A program made the position numbers and the translations under genes. From an uncultured Verrucomicrobiae bacterium (GTDB taxonomy: Bacteria > Verrucomicrobiota > Verrucomicrobiia > Chthoniobacterales > Chthoniobacteraceae): 64,000 nt of DNA. The notes under the pieces were generated by a model. That model was not told the DNA's origin and did not search any database. It was given only the letters and a program-made list of their open reading frames with translations. Location of the stretch: contig CAWIKF010000002.1 in the NCBI GenBank assembly GCA_963836755.1, forward strand, positions 1,568,001-1,632,000, read 5' to 3'. Numbering within the stretch: the first letter of the stretch is position 1; each line of letters starts with the position of its first letter. Positions 57,468 through 64,000 of this stretch are shown one piece after another.

Positions 57468-59231
57468 ATGAGCCGCATTCAACTTTTGTCCGAGCAAGTC
57501 GCCAGCCAGGTCGCGGCGGGCGAGGTGATCGAACGGCCGGCGTCAGTTGTCAAAGAGTTGGTGGAAAACAGCATCGACGCCGGCGCGAAAAGAATCGAAG
57601 TCATGATTCGGCGCGGCGGCGCTTCGATGATCCGCGTGGTCGACGACGGCATCGGCATGGATCGCGACGATGCGCTCCTTTGTCTGGAAAGGCACGCGAC
57701 GAGCAAGATTCGCACGGGCGAGGATCTGGCGGCGATCGCGACGCTTGGGTTCCGCGGCGAGGCGCTGCCGAGCATCGCGAGCGTCTCCCGCTTTTGTTTA
57801 ACGACACGCGAACACTCTGCGCTGGCGGGAACCGAGGTCATCGTCAATGGCGGCAAAGTTGAACACGTTCGCGACGGCGGTGAAGCGCCGGGCACGCAAA
57901 TCGAAGTGCGCTCACTTTTTTACAACCTGCCCGCGCGCCGAAAATTTTTACGCACGGAAAATACGGAATCGAGCCACGTCGAGCATCAGCTTTATCTGCA
58001 AGCAATCGGCCATCCGCGCATCGGATTCGTCCTCGTGAATGACGAGCGCACCGTGCATCAACTTCCGGCGACGCCACATTTGCGCGACCGGATTCGCGAC
58101 TTGTGCGGAAATGCGCTGACGGAGGAATTGCTCGAGGTGAACGGCGCGAACCTTGACGCCATCAGCATTCGCGGGTTCATCGGCAAACCGGGCGTGAGCC
58201 GCTCGACGCGCGCGCAGCAAATCATTTTCATCAACGGCCGCGCTGTCGAGAACAGCACGATCAGCTTCGCACTGCGCGAGGGTTACCACACCGCGCTGAT
58301 GAAAGGGCAGTATCCGGTCACGTTTTTGTTCATCGAAATGGACCCGGCCACCGTTGATGTGAACGTGCATCCGGCAAAGCGCGAAGTCCGTTTCCGCGAA
58401 AGCGCGAGCGTGCGCGAGGCGGTCGTCGAAGCGGTGCGGCGCACGATCGAAGCCGGGCGCAGCGATTGGTCGCGGACTTTTGTCCCCGCGCCTTCGCCGC
58501 CGTTCGCGCCACCGCCGGAAACGCCGGCGCTCATCGAGCCGCGCGAGCAGATCGCGTTGCGTCGCGATTGGTCGGCGCTCCCGCTTCAGCCGGCAATCGG
58601 CTTTAGCACTGAATCGGCGCCAACTTTCCCCGAATCAAAAAAAGAAGCGCGTGATGATTTTCGCATTCTCGGCGTGCTGGGAAAACTTTACGTGCTGATG
58701 GAAAACCAAGGCGGACTCGTGCTCGTGGACCAGCACGCCGCACACGAGCGAATTTTGTTCGAGGAATTGCGCCGGCGGATGGAAGAGCAGGGAGTTCCCG
58801 CGCAGCGGTTGCTCATGCCGCTCACGATCCAACTCGCGCCGCGCGATGCGGATTGGATCGCACAAAATTTGCCGACGCTGCATAAAATGGGCATCGGCAT
58901 CGAAGCGTTCGGCGCGGGCACATGGAAAATCGACACGCTCCCGCAGTTCATCCGCGCCACCGATCCGTTGCCGCTGTTGCGCGACATCATTGACGAGCTG
59001 CGTCAAACAAGCGTCAACACCTCGAAACTCCGTCTCGGCGAAGATGTGATCGCGACGACCGTCTGCCGGCACGCGGTGAAGGCAAACGATTTTCTGCGCG
59101 AGCCCGAGCTGGTGCGGCTGATCCAGGATTTGCTCGCGTGTGAGCTCCCGTATTGTTGCCCGCATGGCCGCCCGACGATGATCCAGATTTCCTACGCGGA
59201 GCTGGAGAAAAAATTCGGTCGCAAAACCTAA
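57468..59231 (+). CDS. mutL: DNA mismatch repair endonuclease MutL
   Basis: AAGEVIERPASVVKELVENS, GFRGEAL, DVNVHP.K, DQHAAHERI, CPHGRP. Confidence 0.97.
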   Translation: MSRIQLLSEQVASQVAAGEVIERPASVVKELVENSIDAGAKRIEVMIRRGGASMIRVVDDGIGMDRDDALLCLERHATSKIRTGEDLAAIATLGFRGEALPSIASVSRFCLTTREHSALAGTEVIVNGGKVEHVRDGGEAPGTQIEVRSLFYNLPARRKFLRTENTESSHVEHQLYLQAIGHPRIGFVLVNDERTVHQLPATPHLRDRIRDLCGNALTEELLEVNGANLDAISIRGFIGKPGVSRSTRAQQIIFINGRAVENSTISFALREGYHTALMKGQYPVTFLFIEMDPATVDVNVHPAKREVRFRESASVREAVVEAVRRTIEAGRSDWSRTFVPAPSPPFAPPPETPALIEPREQIALRRDWSALPLQPAIGFSTESAPTFPESKKEARDDFRILGVLGKLYVLMENQGGLVLVDQHAAHERILFEELRRRMEEQGVPAQRLLMPLTIQLAPRDADWIAQNLPTLHKMGIGIEAFGAGTWKIDTLPQFIRATDPLPLLRDIIDELRQTSVNTSKLRLGEDVIATTVCRHAVKANDFLREPELVRLIQDLLACELPYCCPHGRPTMIQISYAELEKKFGRKT

Positions 59232-59259
59232 CTGGCGCTGCTGAATTGAACACCTTTTT

Positions 59260-60798
59260 ATGAGCCAGCCACAAGCCGCCCCCGAACGCATGGAAAAAAT
59301 CGTCAGCCTGTGCAAACGGCGCGGCTTCATTTTCCAGTCGAGCGAGATCTACGGCGGGCTCAACGGCTTCTGGGATTACGGCCCGCTCGGTGTCGAGTTG
59401 CGGAGAAACATTCGCGACCGCTGGTGGGATGACATGGTGCGCAATCGCGAAGATGTGGTCGGTCTCGAGTCGTCAATCATCATGCACCCGAAAGTTTGGG
59501 AAGCATCGGGACACGTCGGCGGCTTCACCGATCCGATGGTCGATTGCAAAGTCAGCAAGCAGCGTTTTCGCGCCGATCAGCTTTTTTTTGCTCCGGTCGA
59601 GATCGATGGAAAGATCGCCGGCTACGTGAGCGCGCTGGAAAGCGACAATACCCTCGGTGAGTTGCAGGAAAAAGCGGAGACGTTCAAACGCAAGCGCGCG
59701 CTTCAAGGAAAACTCGAACCGGTTCAACTGCGCGAATTTACCGAAGCGACGCCTGAAGAAATCCCGCTGATCCCTTCGCCCGCGACCGGCGAGTCCGGTA
59801 GTCTCACGCCGCCGCGCGCCTTTAACATGATGCTCGAAACGAATGTCGGCGCGCTGCGTGACGCGTCGTCGGTCGCGTATCTGCGACCGGAAACCGCGCA
59901 GGGGATGTTCGTCGATTTCAAAGCGATCCTCGACACGGCCCGCGTGAAAATTCCCTTTGGCATCGCGCAAGTCGGCAAGTCTTTTCGCAACGAGATTACG
60001 CCGCGCAATTTCATTTTCCGCAGCCGCGAATTCGAGCAGATGGAAATGGAATTTTTCATCAGCGACACGGATGACTGGGCAAAATGGCATCGCTACTGGA
60101 TCGATTGGTGCCGCGACTGGCTTCTCTCCGTCGGCATTTCCGAGTCACTGCTCTCGGAATACAATCACCCGAAGGAAAAACTCTCGCATTACTCGAGGGG
60201 CACGACCGACATCATGTTCCACTATCCCTTCGGCGTGCAGGAACTCTGGGGTATCGCTGCACGCGGCAATTTCGATCTCTCGCAGCACGCGCAATTCAGC
60301 GGAACGCCGCTCGAATACTTCGACGAGGCAGCGAACCGAAAATACGTGCCGCACGTGATCGAGCCGGCCGTCGGCGTGGATCGCATCATGCTCGCGATTT
60401 TATGCTGCGCTTACGACGAGGAGGAGGTCGCGGACGACAAGGGAAAGAAGGAAACGCGCGTCGTGATGCGATTCCATCCGCGCGTCGCGCCGATCAAAGT
60501 CGGCGTGTTCCCGTTGCTCAAAAACAAGCCGGAGCTGGTGCAAAAAGCGGTCGAAGTCCGCGATCTTTTGCGTCCGCACATGAATGTTTTTTACGATGAA
60601 AGCGGCGCGATCGGGCGTCGTTATCGGCGGCAGGACGAGGCGGGGACGCCGTTTGGCATCACGATCGATTTTGAAACGCTCGGCGAAAAAGGAGACGAGC
60701 TGCGCGACACGGTCACGCTGCGGCATCGCGATTCGATGAAGCAGGAACGGGTAAAAATCAGCGAGCTGCTTGGGATTTTGCTGACGCAGGTGATGTGA
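59260..60798 (+). CDS. glyQS: Glycine--tRNA ligase, alpha2 type
   Basis: KRRGF...IYGG, LRPETAQG, FRNEITP, REFEQME, IEP..G.DR, IGRRYRRQDEAGTP. Confidence 0.95.
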   Translation: MSQPQAAPERMEKIVSLCKRRGFIFQSSEIYGGLNGFWDYGPLGVELRRNIRDRWWDDMVRNREDVVGLESSIIMHPKVWEASGHVGGFTDPMVDCKVSKQRFRADQLFFAPVEIDGKIAGYVSALESDNTLGELQEKAETFKRKRALQGKLEPVQLREFTEATPEEIPLIPSPATGESGSLTPPRAFNMMLETNVGALRDASSVAYLRPETAQGMFVDFKAILDTARVKIPFGIAQVGKSFRNEITPRNFIFRSREFEQMEMEFFISDTDDWAKWHRYWIDWCRDWLLSVGISESLLSEYNHPKEKLSHYSRGTTDIMFHYPFGVQELWGIAARGNFDLSQHAQFSGTPLEYFDEAANRKYVPHVIEPAVGVDRIMLAILCCAYDEEEVADDKGKKETRVVMRFHPRVAPIKVGVFPLLKNKPELVQKAVEVRDLLRPHMNVFYDESGAIGRRYRRQDEAGTPFGITIDFETLGEKGDELRDTVTLRHRDSMKQERVKISELLGILLTQVM

Positions 60799-60941
60799 GG
60801 GCAGGCGTCTTCCGAGCGGGTAAAAGTTCGGTTCCAGACTAAAGGCGATTTTGCCGCTCGAAAAGTCCGTCCACGGCGTCATCAACAACTTTGACGCGGG
60901 AAAATAGGGATCCGAATAACGACGCGCTCCGCTCCGTCGGA

Positions 60942-61607
60942 TTATTTCCGCAGCGAATCCGCGACGGCGTGGATGCAACTTTGCTGCCAGACCATCAGCG
61001 GGTGCGCGGCGACCCACATTTTCTTTTCTTCGCCAAAGGGCATTCGCGAGCTGCTCGCCGGGAAAATCATCAGGTCGAGCGGCGTCCAGAGCGTCGTGAA
61101 TTTGATGCGCTGAAGCATTTCGCCGTCGCTGTTCAGGTCCTTTAACAACGGGCTGCCCGGCCGCAATTGCGCCACGCCCGGCCAGCGGAAAAGCCCGGTG
61201 GGACAAAAGTCTGCGATGAGGGTCCCTTGCTCGGGGACGGAGATCGCGACGAAGCGATCGACGCGCGCCAGCCCGCCCATGCGTTGCAAATAATAACGGC
61301 TGACGATGCCGCCCATGCTGAAGCCGACGAGGTCAAAGTGCGCGCCGTGCGGAAGATTGGCGTCGATGAAAACGGCGAGCTGCCGCGCGAGTTCTTCGAT
61401 CCGCGCCTGACCCATGCTCGGCGTGAGCGCCGGCGTCAAAACTTTCCAGCCCTGCTTGCGGAGCACGCGCGCCATCGGCTGCATTTTTGCGGAAGTGTCC
61501 CTGAATCCGTGGATGAGGATGACCGGGTTGCGCGAATCGGCGCGTGCGCTCGCGGTGTGCACAGCGATAAAAATGAAGAAGAGCGCGCCGAGTTTCTGCG
61601 CACCCAT
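60942..61607 (-). CDS. Small secreted alpha/beta-hydrolase (lipase/esterase)
   Basis: Signal-like N-terminus, PVILIHG, GFSMG nucleophile elbow, D and H candidates (PLDLM, AAHP). Confidence 0.8.
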   Translation of the reverse strand: MGAQKLGALFFIFIAVHTASARADSRNPVILIHGFRDTSAKMQPMARVLRKQGWKVLTPALTPSMGQARIEELARQLAVFIDANLPHGAHFDLVGFSMGGIVSRYYLQRMGGLARVDRFVAISVPEQGTLIADFCPTGLFRWPGVAQLRPGSPLLKDLNSDGEMLQRIKFTTLWTPLDLMIFPASSSRMPFGEEKKMWVAAHPLMVWQQSCIHAVADSLRK

Positions 61608-61615
61608 CCGACGTT

Positions 61616-63073
61616 TTACGGTTCTTCGCCGGCAGCGACGGCGCGGTCTTCGAAGCGGGTGAAATCCTTGAGGAAAGTCAGCGCCACTTCGCCCGTCGGA
61701 CCATTGCGCTGCTTCGCGATGATGAGCGTGGCCTTGCCTTGCGCTTCCGTTTTTTCCTCATCGGTTTCGGCGTAATATTCTTCGCGCACGAGCAATCCGA
61801 CGACGTCGGCGTCCTGCTCGATCGTGCCTGATTCGCGCAAGTCGCTCAGCCGCGGGCGACCTTTGCTTTCGCCGGTGCGGTTTTCGGGATTACGATTGAG
61901 CTGAGCGAGGATCAAAATCGGAATCTGGAGTTCCTTCGCGAGTGCTTTGATTCCGCTCGAGATTTCCGCGATCTCGAGTTGACGGTTGTCCTGCGCGCGC
62001 CGCGAGGTTGAGCGGATCAATTGCAGATAATCGATGACGATGAGCTCAATCTTGTCCTGCGATTTCATGCGACGCGCTTTCGCACGCAATTCCAGGATCG
62101 ACAGGTTCGGAGTGTCATCGATGAAAAGTTTTGCCTCCGAAAACTTTGATGCCGCAGTCGTGAGATTTTTAAAATGAATGTCGGTGAGGAATCCCTCTTT
62201 GATCTTTTTCATGTTCACCTGCGCGCGTGAACAAATCAGCCGCTGCACGAGTTGCGAGGTGCTCATTTCCAGGCTGAAAACCGCGACCGGTTTCTTGAGA
62301 TCCACGGCCACATGCTCGGCGATGTTCATCGCGAGCGCCGTTTTGCCCATGCTCGGGCGCGCCGCGATGACGAACATCTCGCCGGCGTGCAGGCCATCGA
62401 CTCGCTCGTCGAGATCCTTGAAGCCGGTGGACAAGCCGGTGATTCCGCCGCGCCTTTCGTAAAGTTGCTCGATCGATTCCACGGCCTCCATCACGTGCTC
62501 TTTGATGCTCTTGACCTTATCCTTGAAACGTTCCTTCGCGATTTCGAAAATCTTTTGCTCCACCTGATCGAGCAGCCCGTGGACTTCCTCCTGCTCGTCG
62601 TAACTGCGCGCCGCGTATTCGGTGCAGGTGACGATGATGCGCCGCAGCGTGTGCTTTTCCTGGACGATCTCGATGTAATACGCGGCGTTCGCGGCGGTCG
62701 GGACGAACGTGAAAAGCTCCGCGACAAATGCCGCGCCGCCGACTTGATCGAGCCGGTTTTGGTCGAGCAATTTCTGCGTGACCGTTACGAGATCGACCGG
62801 GACGTTCTGATTCCACATTTGCTCGATCAGCTCGTAGAGCGTGGCGTGCGCGGGGACGTGGAACTGCGCGGCGCTCACGCCTTTCTCGACGCAGAGGCCG
62901 AAAACTTCCTTCGGCAAAAGCAGGATCGAGCCGAGGAGCGCGCGCTCCGCGTCGGGGCTCTGTGGCAATAACCTGTGAACATCCGGTAAATAAGTTACCT
63001 TTTGCTGAAGGTCACCGGCGGATTGCTTCCCGCCTTTGCTGGCCGGCTTCGCAGTGGAATCACTGGAGCCCAT
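61616..63073 (-). CDS. dnaB: Replicative DNA helicase
   Basis: AARPSMGKT, FSLEMS, IDYLQL, QLNR, SDLRESG.IEQDAD, KQRNGP; no intein. Confidence 0.97.
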   Translation of the reverse strand: MGSSDSTAKPASKGGKQSAGDLQQKVTYLPDVHRLLPQSPDAERALLGSILLLPKEVFGLCVEKGVSAAQFHVPAHATLYELIEQMWNQNVPVDLVTVTQKLLDQNRLDQVGGAAFVAELFTFVPTAANAAYYIEIVQEKHTLRRIIVTCTEYAARSYDEQEEVHGLLDQVEQKIFEIAKERFKDKVKSIKEHVMEAVESIEQLYERRGGITGLSTGFKDLDERVDGLHAGEMFVIAARPSMGKTALAMNIAEHVAVDLKKPVAVFSLEMSTSQLVQRLICSRAQVNMKKIKEGFLTDIHFKNLTTAASKFSEAKLFIDDTPNLSILELRAKARRMKSQDKIELIVIDYLQLIRSTSRRAQDNRQLEIAEISSGIKALAKELQIPILILAQLNRNPENRTGESKGRPRLSDLRESGTIEQDADVVGLLVREEYYAETDEEKTEAQGKATLIIAKQRNGPTGEVALTFLKDFTRFEDRAVAAGEEP

Positions 63074-63085
63074 GTGCGTGTCGGC

Positions 63086-63634
63086 CTACTTGCTGTGTCG
63101 CGCCTTTGGCTTCGCGCGAAAGCCGCGTTCCTTCGGCTCGTCAGCAGCAGCCTCAACGGCGGCCGGTTCTTCCGGCTGCGTCGCGGATTTGACCTGCACG
63201 TTTAATTTCGCGGTCACATCGTGATGCAGCTTGATCGGAATTTCATGCGCACCGGTGTCCTTGATCGGGCGGTCGAGCACGATTTTGTGCCGATCGATTG
63301 GCTGGCCCAGTTCCGCCTCGAGCTTGTCCGCGAGATCTTTCGCAGTGACTGATCCGAAGGCTTTTCCGGCCGCACCGGTTTCGAGCACGAGCGTGATTTT
63401 CAGCTTGTTGATTTTCCGCGCGAGTTCCTCGGCTTCGTTCAATTCCCGCGCTTCCCGCTCGGCGCGTTTGGCCTTCAGCTGGTTGAGTTTTTTCATCGCG
63501 ATCGGCGTGACTTCCAGCGCCTTGCTGTGCGGGATCAGAAAATTCCGCGCGAAGCCGGCTTTGACTTTGACGACGTCGGCTTCGGACCCGAGCCCGGGGA
63601 TGTTTTCGATGAGGATGACTTCTGTGGTTGCCAT
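63086..63634 (-). CDS. rplI: 50S ribosomal protein L9 with C-terminal extension
   Basis: LG....VKVKAGFARNFLIP, FGSVT, IK..G. Confidence 0.95.
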   Translation of the reverse strand: MATTEVILIENIPGLGSEADVVKVKAGFARNFLIPHSKALEVTPIAMKKLNQLKAKRAEREARELNEAEELARKINKLKITLVLETGAAGKAFGSVTAKDLADKLEAELGQPIDRHKIVLDRPIKDTGAHEIPIKLHHDVTAKLNVQVKSATQPEEPAAVEAAADEPKERGFRAKPKARHSK

Positions 63635-63694
63635 GATTGCTTTTCCGGATTTTGCGGGGTGGTTTAGTTAGCTTCGCGCGCGGGTGGTGTCAAC

Positions 63695-64000
63695 TTACAA
63701 ATTCATCTCGCGCAAGCGCCGCGCGGCTTCCTCGGCATTCGCGCGGCTGTTGAAAGCGGAGATGCGGAAAAATCCTTCGCCCGCGCTGCCAAAACCGCTG
63801 CCGGGCGTGACGACGATGCTGGCTTCCTCGAGCATCATGTCAAACATGTCCCAACTGCTGATGCCCGGCGGCGTGGCGACCCATATATATGGCGCATTTT
63901 CGCCGCCAAAAACTTCGAAGCCGCTCTCCGCGCACGCCTCGCGCAGGATTTGCGCATTGCACATGTAATGCTCGATCAGCGCGCGCACCTGCGCCCGGCC
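63695..64000 (-). CDS. dapL: LL-diaminopimelate aminotransferase, C-terminal part (5' end outside window)
   Basis: [34 protein letters not shown]. Confidence 0.85.
   Translation of the reverse strand, partial: GRAQVRALIEHYMCNAQILREACAESGFEVFGGENAPYIWVATPPGISSWDMFDMMLEEASIVVTPGSGFGSAGEGFFRISAFNSRANAEEAARRLREMNL

Noticed and set aside
60799..60941. Intergenic stretch open on the minus strand (part of ORF 60400-61206) as a gene remnant
   Set aside because: No recognisable motif, and the ORF overlaps both glyQS and the lipase.
61616..63073. Intein in dnaB
   Set aside because: Normal length (485 aa) and contiguous helicase motifs.

Overview
Core chromosomal window, most likely from a Verrucomicrobiota bacterium (Spartobacteria/Chthoniobacterales-like). 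This is inferred from an Amuc_1098-1102-type pilus/secretin operon, a PEP-CTERM protein, alpha2-type glyQS and dapL. It holds about 57 densely packed protein genes, tRNA-Gly(TCC), a cobalamin riboswitch and a 21-bp tandem array. I found no transposase, integrase, phage gene or CRISPR. Housekeeping genes include coaE, rho, rnd, aroF, hisF, apt, pepA, serA, mutL, glyQS, dnaB, rplI and dapL. A glyco-locus at 36.7-47.4 kb encodes a barrel, Wzc and Wza, a GT4 fusion with GH130, and GT28 with GH1. The best leads are: (1) a stand-alone beta-propeller-like PEP-CTERM surface protein under a B12 riboswitch; (2) a sigma54-type promoter driving a coupled pair of unknown genes, one with an EExxH...E metallo-motif; (3) a palindrome-bearing 21-bp array; (4) a Rho with a degenerate primary RNA-binding site; (5) a class A PBP lacking SxxK; (6) a GT28/GH1 glycolipid module. 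Two single-base frameshifts (~25527 and ~48240) may be assembly errors. All family calls come from motif recognition, not database searches.
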